Source of the DNA: Azolla caroliniana
Lineage: Eukaryota; Plantae; Polypodiophyta
DNA: 64,000 bases
Reading direction: 5' to 3'
NCBI GenBank assembly: GCA_043228905.1
Contig: JBHGNT010000010.1
Location: 12,958,001-13,022,000, forward strand
Both the position numbers and the translations under genes were made by a program. Below, piece after piece: positions 11,901-24,821 of this stretch (within the stretch, counting starts at the first letter, position 1; every line of letters begins with the position of its first letter). The notes beneath the pieces were generated by a model. That model worked only from the letters and a program-made list of their open reading frames with translations. It searched no databases and was not told where the DNA came from.

Positions 11901-14460
11901 ATTTCATAATTTCATAATTTCAAGATATTTTATCGATTTCCAATTTCTGGAGTTATCGTCGGGCGTCTCGGGTAGAAACCAAGAATCTGAACCAAGTAGA
12001 CTACAATGGAATTTATTTTGGAAATGAATTAGTTAATGTAATATTCTACTCCTTTACTACAAATAAAGAAACATGGTGCAATGCTCATCCACATATAACC
12101 ATTATTCTACAATATATGCATATTTTTTGTCAATGCACCAAGTTATCCTAAATATAATTGTTGGTGTACGAATTTGTCGTAACAATCTTGAGGAATAACA
12201 ACGACTAAATATACTGCTTCTTCTTGTCCCGAACTACATAATGTTTTGTGAAATTTCATTTGAAACCCGTACCATTAATCCAATAATTGGATTAAGTTTA
12301 GAAATTGATGTTAGGAGAAAAAAATCAAAGCAAAGTTCTTCATCAATCCTTCAAACATAATATTGATTATTTTGTTAATTGTATATTATTGTAACATCTA
12401 CTTTAGGTCTGGAGTTTTTGATATATGAAATAGTTAACAAATTATATGCGTCAGAAATTTGATGTTTGATATTTTCTTCTCTGTTACCGCTAGTTAAATC
12501 CAAGTCTCTTGGGTGCGAACCGAGTATCCTTACCAACTAGACTACAATGGATCACATCTTGTGCGCTTTTTAATATTACACTAATTGATTAGAAATAAAT
12601 AATATTTATATATTACGTAAGCATCAGTGCACAATAGATGATTATTCTAACACACTCTCGTTTTTAAGATTTAATAATTTCAAGGATTTTTATCGATGAT
12701 ACATTTACTCATGATCTATGATGTATCTAGTGTTTCCAATACATGTAGTTGTACCCGAGAGTCTCGGGTAAAAACCAGGGATCCGAACCAAGTAGACTAC
12801 AATGGAATTCATTTAGCAAATCAATTAGTTAATGTAATATACTACTACTTTGCTACAAATAAATAAACATGGTGCAATACTCATTGACATATGACCATTA
12901 TTGTACAATCTAGGCGTATTTTTTGAAAATGTATCAAGTAATTGAAACTATAATTGTTGGTGTACTAAGTTGTCGTAATAACCATGACTAAATATACTCG
13001 TTGTCCCCAACTACATAATGTTTTGTCAAATTTTCTTGGAAACGTGTACCATTAATCGAATAATGGGGTTAAGTTTACAAATTGATGTTAGGTGAATAAA
13101 ATCGAAGTAAACTTCCTCATCAATCCTACAAACATCATATTGATTATTTTGTTAATTGTAAATTATTGTAATTGAGGATTAGTCTAACACACTCTCGTTT
13201 TTAAAATTTAATAATTTTAAGGGCTTTTATCAATACCACATTAAGTCATGATCTATGATGTATCCATACATTGACCCATAGGTGAAATTCATAATATTCG
13301 ACATCCATAATTTTCGTAAAATTCTAGACTACAAAATGATCCCAAGAATATTACAGAACCATTCATTTATTTCTTTATTATTTAAAAAATAATTTTATAT
13401 ATTATATATAAAAATATTATTAGTCTAAGGTCCCCTTTTTAATGTCCAGATAGTAAAAAGTGGCGAAATTAATGAACCTTTTTTTTATTTATTAAAAATA
13501 AAACAATTACTTTAAAGTTTTTCATCTATTATAAGAATATTATTAGTGTGAGGTCCTTTTTTTAATGTGAGATAAAAATATAAAATTTTGTGAGAATCTT
13601 TTATTTATTCTATTTATTTACATATATTTTATTTATTTTTTATTTTATTGAAAATTAAAACATATACATCTAAGTTTGATAAATATTATAAAAATATTAT
13701 TTGTGTGAGTTCCCCTTTTTTAATGTGAAATAAAAATATAAAATTTATGGGAACCTTTATTTAGTCAATTTGTTTACATTTATTGATTTAATTTTCGTTT
13801 TATTGAAAAATAAAACAAACACATTTAAGTTTTATATATATTATAAAAATATTATTAGTATGAGGTTCCCTTTTAATAACAGATAAAAATATCAATTTTT
13901 GTGGGAGAGTAAAGTGGGAAATTAATGAACCTTTATTTATTATTTATTATCTTTTTATATTCATTAAAAATAAAACAAATAGTTTTAACTTTTAACTTTT
14001 AACTTTTCCATTTATAAAAATATTATTTAGTGTAAGCCTCCTTTTTAATGTCAAGTTAAATATCCCATATTTAATGTGAAAGTCTCTTTCTTATGTGATA
14101 TATATATTAGAAACTAAAAAGTAGGAACTCTTTTTTATTAATGAATATTTTTTCATGTATTCTTATGTGTATTCGTATTTATTCATATGGTAACCCCCAT
14201 GAATGCGAATATGTCAATCTATGGATGTATCTAGAGTTTCCAATGCCTATAGTTGTACCCGGGAGTCTCAGGTAAAAAGCAAGGATCCGAACCAACTAGA
14301 CTACAATGGAATTCATTTAGTAAATGAATTCGTTAATGTAATATTCTAGTCCTTTACTACAAATAAGGAAACATCGTGCAATCCTAATCGACATTAGACC
14401 ATTATTCTACAATCTATGCATTTTTTTTGAAATTGTATCAAGTTATGCAAACTATAATTG
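8955..14460 (-). repeat. tRNA-Glu-derived satellite, block 3
   Basis: Minus-orientation monomers with many internal deletions. Interrupted by a MITE at 13265-14223. Flips back to plus at ~14460. Confidence 0.9.
13265..14223. mobile_element. non-autonomous hAT-type DNA transposon (MITE-like), 959 bp
   Basis: Perfect 8-bp TSD GATGTATC (13257-13264 and 14224-14231). 11-bp TIRs CATACATTGAC / GTCAATCTATG (1 mismatch). Very AT-rich interior with five internal repeats. Confidence 0.85.
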
Positions 14461-16876
14461 TTTGATAACTCAGAAAGACAAGACCTAAAGTAGTTGTTAC
14501 AATAATTTACAATTAACAAAACAATCAATCTTATATTTGTAGAATTGATCAGGAACTTTACTTTGATTTTATTCTCCTAACATCAATTTTCTAAACGTAA
14601 TCCTATTATTTGATTAATGGTACATGTCTCAAAGGAAATTTGACAAAACATTATGTAGTTCGGGACAAGAAGAAGGAGTATATTTAGTCGTGGTTATTGC
14701 TCAAGATTGTTACAACAAATTAGTATACCAACAATTATAGTTTGCCTAACTTGATACATTTTCAAATAATACACATAGATTGTAGAATAATGGTCCTATG
14801 TCAATGACCATTGAAACATGTTTCTTTATTTGGAGAAAATGGGTAGAATTTATTTGCATAATGAATTCCATTGTAGTCTACTTGGTTTGGATCCTTGGTT
14901 TTTACTCGGGTACAATTCCGGGCATTGGAAACACTAGCTAGATCATAGATCATGAGTTAATGTGGCATCGATAAAAACTCTTGAAATTATTAAATCTTAA
15001 AAATGAGGGTGTGTTAGAATAATCTGCAGCTTTTCGTTGATGCTTATGTAATATATAAAGGTTATTTATTTCTAATCAAGTATTGCAGTATTAAAAAGCA
15101 CACAAGATGTGATCCATTGTAGTCTATTTGGTTAGAATACTCGGGGCTAACTCGAGAGACCCGGCTTCAAATATCAAATTTCCGACGCATGTCATGTGTT
15201 AATTGATTGATAACTCAAAAACTCAAGGCCTACTTTACATTACAACAATGTACAATTAACGAAATTATCAATATTGTGTTTGTAGGATTGATGACGAACA
15301 TGACTTTGCAATATTATTCAATGATTGCAATATTAAAAAGTGCAGAAGATTTCTAATCAATGATTGCAATATCAAAAAGCGCAAAGATTTGTTCCATTGT
15401 AGTCTAGTTGGTTAGGATATTCCGCTCTCACTCGAGAGACCCGGTTTCAACTCCCGGCAATGGAAAAGTCAATAACAAATTTCCGACCCATCGCATATGT
15501 AAATTGTTTGATAACTCAAAAACTCAAAAGTAACTATTACAATAATGTACAATTAACAAAATAATAAGTATTATGTTTGTAATAACTTTACTTTGATTTT
15601 ATTCTTCTAACATCAATTTCTAAACGTAATCCCATTATTTGATTAATGGTACACGTTTCAAATGAAAAATTGACAAAACGTTATGTAGTTTGGGATAAGA
15701 AGAAGGATTATATTTAGTCGTGGTTATTGCTCAAGATTGTTACCACAAATTAATACACCAACAATTATAGTTTTCATAACTTGATACATTTTCAAAAAAT
15801 ACGCATAGATTGTAGAATAATGGTCCTATGTGGATGAGCATTGCACCATGTTTCTTTATTTGTAGTAAAGGAATAGAATATTTCAAAATAAATTCCATTC
15901 TAGTCTACTTGGTTCGGATCCTTGGTTTTTACCCGAGACGCCCGACGATAACTCTAGGATTTGCAAACACTACATACATTCATCATCAGTAAATGTGTAA
16001 TCGATAAAAAATCTTAAAATTATGGAATTATGAAAACGAGAGTGTGTTTGAGTCATCCTCAGTTGTTCGTTGATGCTTGCACAATATATATATATTATTT
16101 ATTTATAGTAAGTGAGAGAAATATTAGAGAGCACACTAGATGTGATCCATTGTAGTCTAGTTGGTGAGGATACTCGGCTCTAACCCCAGAGACTCGTGTT
16201 GAGCTCCCAGGAATGGAAAAGACAATTTCAAATATCAAATTTCGAATGCACGTTGTCGTGCCTTTCGGCTCCGGATCGTTGCGTGAGTCGGGTGGGAACC
16301 GCCGAGGTTTTGGACTAGGAGAAAGAAGAATATGAGATGAGGCTAGTAATGAATAGATTATTAGAAAGAGAGATAGAAATTTCGTGAATCCCACGAGTGT
16401 ATTGTATTCGATTAATCAATATTTAGATAAGAATATGTATTTAGATTGAAAGAAAGATATAAGAAACTTGTGAATCCCACAAGTATAGATTATATTATTT
16501 TCGTGAATCCCACGATTATATTAATCGGTTGGTGTTTTCAGAAATATATCCAATTTCCAAATATTTCACACGCCTATTACATTGTGCTCCCCATCCTTAT
16601 GTAGTGATGGGAGAGACTAAGCATAGCTACATGCTTTTTTTTCTAATATGTTCATGCACACTAAATGTGCATGTGATGCTTTTCTAATCCTTGCTTTTAT
16701 TTGCTAAATATAGTGCTCATGCACGCTAGATGTGCATGAGTCACTTTTTAGTTGCTTGCGTTTTTCTATAAAATATTCACGCACTCTAAAAATGCATGAT
16801 TTACCTTTTAATAAAGGTAGGCGCAAATAAAGCACTTATAGTTATTAAATCTATTTATAAAACACTAAAGATAAGG

Positions 16877-16930
16877 TAGCATAATGGTAAAGTTGAGGTT
16901 TGGCTACATGGAGGTACAAGGTTCAAATCT
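16877..16930 (+). promoter_or_regulatory. tRNA-like Pol III A/B-box cassette in LTR of element B (second copy 19754-19807)
   Basis: A box TAGCATAATGG and B box GGTTCAAATCT at tRNA-like spacing. Antisense to the element. Confidence 0.6.
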
Positions 16931-17031
16931 TGCCCTATGCATGTGATAAATATCTTGATATTCTTATTTTATTTATTGGTGATAAATATCTTGATATCCT
17001 TATTTTATTTATTTATATGTAATTAAATCGG

Positions 17032-19113
17032 CTATATTATTTTTACTTTTTCACGTAGTGTACGAAATACACTATGACACTCGCCCCCTTCGAACCCGCA
17101 CATCCTCCGGTATGTGCCGAAGTTGCCGATGCTCGTTGTCTCCCCTTCATCCTCCGTTTGTCCCGCTATGTCAACTTTGTCTCTCCATTTTGAGTAGACC
17201 CATTCTTTCCACCCGAACCATTGTCGCCATCCGATCCACCATATTCTTTGTTCTCTCTCGTCATATTCTTGGCCCTTGTCATTCGTGGTAGTGTCTTTTA
17301 CTGGCCTCTTTCTTGTCTTCATCAACCTTGACTTTTTTCCGGATCGCTCTCGTCCGATCAACTTTCGGTTTGATCGGCTTCCGATCGGATTCGTATTCGG
17401 CCGAATCGGAATCGGTTGTTCGGTTTTGATTGAGTCGGTCTCCTTCCGGCCCGGTTTCGATCTATCGGTTTTGGTTTCGGTTGGCTTTCTTTTCCTCGTT
17501 TTCACCAGCCTCGACCGGTCCAACCTTCGGTTGAGTCGGATTAGCTTCTTTCCGGATCGGTCTCGTCCGATCGGCTTTCGGCTAGGTCGGCTTCCATCCA
17601 TATTCGCGTTCGGCCAAGTCAGACTCGGTCGATCGGTTTTGACCGATTCGACCCCTTTTCGGGTCGGCTTTCTTTCGGGTCGTCTTTCGGCCGAATCCTC
17701 ATTCGCCCGGTTCGGCTTTCGTTTGTGTCGTCTTTCGGCCGAATTCTCTTCCTTTCGGTTCGGCTTTCTTTCGGGTCGACTTTCGGTCGAATCCTCTTTT
17801 ACCCGATTAGGCTTTCTTTCGGATCGGAATCCCGTCCGGATCACCTTCCATCCTAACTGGCTTCCGACTTTACCTTTCTTGCTGCCACCTCCCGTCTCTC
17901 CGGTCTCACGTTGGTTCTCGGACACAACTGCCGAAGTCTCTAGAATTAGTGGGTAGGAATCCTTGGTATTATCATCCTCTGTCATTTCAACCATAGCCTC
18001 CTTCTCGGCTATCTCTCCGTCGTATGAATCGGCTTCGACCTTTGTTTTCTCTCCACCACCTTCCGTCTCTTCGGTCTCACGTTGCCTTTCGAACGCAACC
18101 GCCGGAGTCTCTGGAATCAGTGGTGGGGAAGTCTCGATATGGCCATCCGTCGTTGATTCGTCCATAGCCACCTTTGATTCGATGTCATCTTTCGTGGCGA
18201 CCTCCTCAATCAAGTCCTCTTTGCTCTCTTTCACTGCATCAATTATGCTTACCCCTTTTTCACCCGATGTTTCAATCACTTGTATTCTGAAATCTTCTTC
18301 TACACTTGGGTTATCGGCCTTATCCTTCACCGTCGTTCTTTCGCAAGACAAGAGGGTAGCTTGTTTTACACCCTCTTCCGTCACACCATCATGTTGTATT
18401 TCGGCCTTCATATCGGCTCCATCGTTTGTCTTCAATCGACCATCCTTCATCGGCCATGTCGTTGACAAGATTCTCATCTTCCTCTCATCATGTCTCCGGC
18501 ATACCCTTTGGACTTCGGCCCAATCTTCAGTAAGACCATTCGTACCGTCATCGTCTTCGAGTTCAATCCCGATGTCCTTCCTTTCTTTTCGATCGATCGA
18601 TTTTACGAACATTAGGACTTTATCCTCCCCCACCAACCGTTGTTCCCGCTCCGAGAGTCGAGCAAGACGATGCTCGAACTCTAGGAATGCTTGTGTTGCA
18701 CTTCGGTGGGTCTTCTCCGATGCCACCCATTCGTCGAATTTTCGCCGATCTTGTCCCTTTGATCTCTTGTAATCATATGCCTCTCGTAAAGCTTCTTCGA
18801 ATGACCCCCATGTCGAGTTTTGTTGTCGTATCTTGTGGATTCTCTCTTGTAGCTCATCCGTGGCCACCCGATTGAAGGATGTCACTTGCAATCCTTCCGG
18901 TATCCCACATCGTATCATCTCCGCCTTGTAGTCACGTAGATAGCGTGACACATCGTTTCCGTTGAATTGTCCGTTTCGTTGTACGAGCCGCTTTACTACC
19001 GCCGTGATCTCCGACATCGCTCGTTGTTCTTGTAGCATCCGTTCGAACATCATCATCATCGTTATGCTCATTGCCTCTTGTTGATTCTCCATCTCCTTGC
19101 CACCCGCCTTCAC
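17032..19113 (-). CDS. Gag-derived protein with acidic and Arg/Lys-rich low-complexity extension (693 aa; first ATG at ~19092)
   Basis: The N-terminus (GQFNGNDVSRYL..., KVLMFVKSID..., GLTEDWAEVQRVC) aligns by eye with the Gag of elements D, E and F. The ORF is uninterrupted and spans the whole internal region. Confidence 0.85.
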   Translation of the reverse strand: MKAGGKEMENQQEAMSITMMMMFERMLQEQRAMSEITAVVKRLVQRNGQFNGNDVSRYLRDYKAEMIRCGIPEGLQVTSFNRVATDELQERIHKIRQQNSTWGSFEEALREAYDYKRSKGQDRRKFDEWVASEKTHRSATQAFLEFEHRLARLSEREQRLVGEDKVLMFVKSIDRKERKDIGIELEDDDGTNGLTEDWAEVQRVCRRHDERKMRILSTTWPMKDGRLKTNDGADMKAEIQHDGVTEEGVKQATLLSCERTTVKDKADNPSVEEDFRIQVIETSGEKGVSIIDAVKESKEDLIEEVATKDDIESKVAMDESTTDGHIETSPPLIPETPAVAFERQRETEETEGGGEKTKVEADSYDGEIAEKEAMVEMTEDDNTKDSYPLILETSAVVSENQRETGETGGGSKKGKVGSQLGWKVIRTGFRSERKPNRVKEDSTESRPERKPNRKEENSAERRHKRKPNRANEDSAERRPERKPTRKGVESVKTDRPSLTWPNANMDGSRPSRKPIGRDRSGKKLIRLNRRLDRSRLVKTRKRKPTETKTDRSKPGRKETDSIKTEQPIPIRPNTNPIGSRSNRKLIGRERSGKKSRLMKTRKRPVKDTTTNDKGQEYDEREQRIWWIGWRQWFGWKEWVYSKWRDKVDIAGQTEDEGETTSIGNFGTYRRMCGFEGGECHSVFRTLREKVKII

Positions 19114-21098
19114 GTCGGGTTCACCAACTGTGTCGTGCCTTTCGGCTCCGGATCGTTGCGTGAGTCGGGTGGGAACCGCCGAGGTTTTGGACTAGGAGAA
19201 AGAAGAATATGAGATGAGGCTAGTAATGAATAGATTATTAGAAAGAGAGATAGAAATTTCGTGAATCCCACGAGTGTATTGTATTCGATTAATCAATATT
19301 TAGATAAGAATATGTATTTAGATTGAAAGAAAGATATAATAAACTTGTGAATCCCACAAGTATAGATTATATTATTTTCGTGAATCCCACGATTATATTA
19401 ATCGGTTGGTGTTTTCAGAAATATATCCAATTTCCAAATATTTCACACGCCTATTACATTGTGCTCCCCATCCTTATGTAGTGATGGGAGAGACTAAGCA
19501 TAGCTACATGCTTTTTTTTCTAATATGTTCATGCACACTAAATGTGCATGTGATGCTTTTCTAATCCTTGCTTTTATTTGCTAAATATAGTGCTCATGCA
19601 CGCTAGATGTGCATGAGTCACTTTTTAGTTGCTTGCGTTTTTCTATAAAATATTCACGCACTCTAAAAATGCATGATTTACCTTTTAATAAAGGTAGGCG
19701 CAAATAAAGCACTTATAGTTATTAAATCTATTTATAAAACACTAAAGATAAGGTAGCATAATGGTAAAGTTGAGGTTTGGCTACATGGAGGTACAAGGTT
19801 CAAATCTTGCCCTATGCATGTGATAAATATCTTGATATTCTTATTTTATTTATTGGTGATAAATATCTTGATATCCTTATTTTATTTATTTATATGTAAT
19901 TAAATCGGTTATATTATTTTTACTTTTTCACGTAGTGTACGAAATACACTATGACAACGTCATGTGTAAAGTGTTTGATATCTCAAAAATTGAAGAGCTA
20001 AATTACGTGTTACAATAATGTCTAGTTAACATATAGTCAATACGATGTTTGTAGGATTGATGAGAAATTTTACTTTTATTTTATTCTGCTAACATAAAGT
20101 TCAAAACTTAATCCCATTATTCAATTAATGGTATAGGTTTCAAATGAAATTTGACAAAACATTATGTAGTTCGGGACAAGAAGAAACACTATATTTAGTC
20201 GCGGTTATTCCTAACACATTGATGTTAAAAACTGCACAAGATTTGATGCATTGTAATCTAGTTGGTTAGGATATTCACCTCTCACTCGAGAGACCCGGGT
20301 TCAACTCCCGGCAATGGAAAAGACAATATCAAATATCAAATTTCCGACCCATGTCATGTGTAAAGTGCTTGATAACTCAAAAACACAAGCCCTAAAGTAG
20401 TTGTTACAATAATGTACAATTAAGAAAATAATCAATATTATGTTTGTAGGATTGATGATGAAATTTACTTTGAGTTTATTGTCCGAACATCAATTTTTAA
20501 CCTTAATAACATTATTCGATTAATGGTAGAGCTGTCACATGAAATTTGACAAAACATTACGTAGTTCGGGACAAATAGAAGGAAGTGGAATTATATTTAG
20601 TCGTGGTTATTATTAAACATTGTTACGACAAATTAGTACACCGCTCATCGAAAATGTATCAAGTTATCGAAACTATAATTGGATAATCCCGACAATGGAA
20701 GAGACAATATCAAATATCAAATTTCCAACACATGTCATGTGTAAAGTGTTTGATAACATTATGTAGTTTGGGACAAGAAGAAGGAGTATATTTAGTCGTG
20801 GTTATTGCTGAAGATTGTTACGAAAAATTAGTACACCAACAATTATAGTTTGGATAACTTGGTACATTTTCAAAAATATACATATAGATTGTAGAGTAAT
20901 GGTCATATGTCAATGAGCATCGCAACATGTTTCTTCTTTGGAGAAAAGGAGTAGAATATTACATTAACTAATTTATTTTCTCAATGAATTCCATTGTAGT
21001 CTACTTGGTTCGGATCCTTGGTTTTCACCCAAAATGGTATTGTACAACTGCGGGCATTGGAAACACTAGAGACATCATAGATCATGAAGAAATGTGTC

Positions 21099-24000
21099 TG
21101 TTACCAACTAGGAACACGGTCTACGGTCAGTCCTTCGACCTAGACCTCCAAATGACTGTGTGACAACGAATGGTAGCGTCTGTGCGTAATACTTAGTGGG
21201 ATATTCCCCATAAGCTAGTAGCGTATAAGGGAGACGGCTACAACCGAGCTCCTTTGACAGTGGGCTAACACACACACACCGTTACTTGCTCCTACGCTCT
21301 CAGGTGTTAGAGACACACAGTAGATTAGCCGTAGCTACACATAGATATAAGAGAAGAGAGAACTTTATTACGATACACCTCTTACATTCAAAATTACACG
21401 ATCCCTCTATCAGAGGTTTTCTGCCCTTTATATACGCAGGTTCTTTTAGCCGTTCACGCTTCCCGCGTGAACCGTTACATGCGTTACAATATTATACTAT
21501 TCCATATTCCTACGCTCTTGTCCATCGATTACTATTTCGGCGGACAACACCTGGCATGCCTGTGGGACAATGCCATGGCACGTCGGACCCATCCCTTTAA
21601 TCTTCTTCCAAAATGCCCCTCATGTTTGGCTCTGCTACGGTGTCTGCGTCTGGGGACGGCGTAGGGCCCGTATGTGCATCGTTGTGTGGTTCCCCTGTTT
21701 GGTCGGGAGGGCTTCTCATGGTGTCGCGATCATCCTGTGTGGGTGCCCCGAGTTCTATGGGCTCTCCGTGAGCTAGGGGGTTGGGCTCAACCGTCGGCGG
21801 GCTTGCGATCGGTCGCGGCTCCGTCTCATCCGTGGTGTCTCACTTCCTCCGTGGTGTCGGCCGTCGTTCTACACTCTAGGGAGTGGGGTTGCGGTTCCGC
21901 TTGGTCCGCAACGTTCTCCGTGTGGTAGGCCGATAGTGTATGCTCGTGGGGAGAAGATTGGTGGTTGCAGTAGACTTGAGCTCTGTGATAGGATGGAGGA
22001 GAAGGTGAGGGAGGGGAGCGATGAGAGCGTTGAGAGTTAGGAGGTGGATTTCTGTTTTGTGCAGAAGACCTTCTTTTTCCTTCTTTTTGTGGCCTAGGGT
22101 TCATTGGGCGGTGAGCCATCATGGTGCCGTGTGTTCTTGGTCTAGAAGTTTGTGCATGCATTCAGTCCTTTTTTAATAGCGTCACTATCTTCGCTTTTCT
22201 TTTCTTTTATTTATTTATTTATTTATTCTTATTTATTTATTTCATAACGGTTACATACAGCCTATTTTTACATGATACAAGTGGGGCCGTCCACTTACGC
22301 CACGGGCTCTCCAGCTTTGTCCTGTCCGGCATTGAATGGGTTATGTGGCGTAGGGCCCTTTTGTCGTAAGACTTCCCCGGCCAGCGTGCCTAGTTGGAAC
22401 GTGCCTTGTTCTGCTCCTATTATCCAGTACAGGCCTATCCAACGGAATCGTAACTTCCCTAGCATATGGCCCATGCGGGTTTGGAAAACCAGTACAACTC
22501 GACCGACTGCGAAATCCTTTCCCCGTGCGTTACGATGTCGATCCACAAACACATTACGTCGTCGTTGTTCCTGCTCCAACACAACCATGTTGTGTACGCA
22601 TTTTTCGCCGAGTTCGAGTAGCTGGTGGAGCCGTACCTCCTCCGACTTGGCTTTCGATAGTTGGTCTGGTACCTAAATCCGTAAACTGGGTATCTGAAAC
22701 TCTACCGGCATCATGGCCTCCAGCCCAAACGCTAGTCGAAACGGTGTTGACTATATGCTTTTTCTGCAGCTGGTTCTGTACACCCATAATGCACTCTGTA
22801 ATTTGGTATCCCAGATTGTTCTATTTTCATTGACGATTTTCTTTAAGATGGTCTGCAACGTCTTGTTGGTGGATTCTGCTAACCCATTCGCCTGTGGATA
22901 ATATGGCGTACTTTTCTTGTGGACTACGGCGTAATGATGTGTTAGTTCTCGAACAACCGTATTGAGAAAGTGGCTCCCCTGGTCACTGATAAGCTCAATC
23001 GGACAACCGAACCGGCACTAGATGTGTTCGTAAAGGAATATCGTTGTAACAACCGCCGTATTCTCTCGTAGTGCCTTTGCTTCTACCCACTTGGTGCAAT
23101 AATCCATGGCTACCAATATGTATTTATTGCTCGTACGGGCCGACGTTGGTGTGAAGGGGCCCACAAAATCTAATCCCCACTTTTGGAAGGGATCTAACGG
23201 TCATACGGGCTGGTGAGGCATCCTTGCGCCCTCCGTGGGCTGGCCCATCCGTTGACACAAATCACACTTTCTGCAATACTCGTATGCGTCCTTCTATGTA
23301 GTCGGCCACCATAGGCCTGCTTGCCATATTTTCCGGGCCATAACATCGCCCGCGTAATGGCCGCCTGCCATGCCATAGTGAGCCTCCCATAAGACTGTTT
23401 CTTTCTCATCCTGGTGTACACCGCGTCGCCAAATGCCATCACTACCTTTGTGATATAAAATTCCTTCTACCAAGCAGAAGTTACGACTCCAGACGGCTAA
23501 TCGTTTCTTCTCGTCCGTGCGTAATTGTGGTGGAGGTAGTCCCGTAGTAAAAAAGTATGTCATTTCCATAAGCCACTGGTCTGGAAAGGTCGTTTCCATT
23601 CTTTTTGCTAGTGCTGCTACCCGCAGAATGTCTGTGTCTGGAAAGTCGTCGTCGTCCTTCTGTACTGTTTCTCCATTATCGAGTCTGCTCAAAAAATCTG
23701 CCACTGCGTGTTGCGTACCCGGGCAGTGCTGAATTACAAAATCGAATTCTAGAAGCACCAGCATCCATTGCGCCAATTTCCCCGTCAGTGCTTGTTTCTC
23801 CACCAAATACAATAGTGTCAAATGATCCACGTGGAACGTGAATTTCCTCGCCAACAGATAATGCCATAATTTATTGATACTATAGATCATCCTTAACGCC
23901 TCACGCTCTGTTGTGGAATAGTTACGCTCCGTTGTTGATAATTTGCGACTAGCATAGTAGACTGGCCGGTAACAATTCGGTTCGGTGAGCTGCATTAGCG

Positions 24001-24821
24001 CACTTCCTATTGCTATGTCTGAGGCGTCCACGAACACGTGGAATGGCTTCGCCCAAACTGGTGGTTGTACGACGGGTGCTTGTGTGAGCATTATCTTGAG
24101 CGCCTCATAGGCCTTGTCCTCTGTTGCAGTCCATTGGAAGGGAGTCCGATGCACGACGACATGTAACGGCGTGGCGAAATCCGCCAAGTATTGTATCATC
24201 CAACTATGCCATCGTATTTGTCCTAAAAACCGGCTGAGTGATTTCGCGTTTGTCGAAGTTTTGGCTTGAGTAATCACGGAGATCTTGTTCGGATCAACTG
24301 CTATTCCATCCTTGCTAACTATATGGCCTAGGAGAGTCCCGCTGGTCACGCCGAAGGCACATTTCGCGAGATTCAGGCTTAAGCGTGCGGTGCGGCAATG
24401 TTCCAAGCACAGTTGCAGATGCGTAAAATGGTCGGTTTTTTTCCCATATACCGGAAAATCGTCTAAAACAAATTTGCATGAACGCTGGAATATATTCCCC
24501 AAAGATCTCCGTGATTGTCCGTTGAAATGTTGCCGACACCGTTTTTAGCCTGAACATCATGACCATTGCCACATAGACTCCCCAGTCCGTCACAAATGCC
24601 ATCTTCTCTTGGTCATTGGGATGCATGTGTACCTAGTTATAGCCACTGAAGCCATCTAAAAAACTATACATGTCATGTCCTACGACGGCGTCCAATATGC
24701 TATCGGTGAATGGTAACGGGAATGCATCCGTAATGGTTACGACGTTTAATTTTCGGTAATCCACGCATACTCGTATTTTTCCGTTTTTCTTTGGAACGAC
24801 TACTATCGGACTTAACCATGT
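21099..24821 (-). mobile_element. Element A: 5'-truncated, degenerate non-chromovirus (Athila/Tat-like) Ty3/gypsy; probable 3' LTR ~21099-21549
   Basis: RT (WLSPIVVVPKKNGKIRVCVDYRKLN, SFLDGFSGYN), RNase H (VDASDIAIG, YSTTERE, ADFLSR) and integrase ([19 protein letters not shown]) fragments with frameshifts. TGTT...AACA LTR-like segment. The LTR boundary is not confirmed by a second copy. Confidence 0.85.

Larger units (their letters stand above)
16254..19956 (-). mobile_element. Element B: young non-autonomous Gag-only (TR-GAG-like) LTR retrotransposon
   Basis: 826-bp LTRs at 16254-17079 and 19131-19956 (TGTC...GACA; only 2 differences seen). TSD ACGT. PBS complementary to the tRNA-Trp 3' end (TTCACGTCGGGTTCACCA at 19109-19126). 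No pol domains. Confidence 0.95.
14461..21098 (+). repeat. tRNA-Glu-derived satellite, block 4 (interrupted by element B)
   Basis: Plus-orientation monomers, with tRNA-like copies at e.g. 15393-15465 and 20247-20319. Confidence 0.9.

Noticed and set aside
4209-16394. Short ORFs in the satellite (4209, 7241, 9328, 16095) as host genes
   Set aside because: They are chance open frames of the same monomer, some antisense to the tRNA module, and are not open in other monomers.
17276-18772. Long plus-strand ORFs (226 and 269 aa) and similar antisense ORFs in E/F
   Set aside because: Shadow frames of low-complexity or GC-rich sense ORFs, with no recognisable domains.
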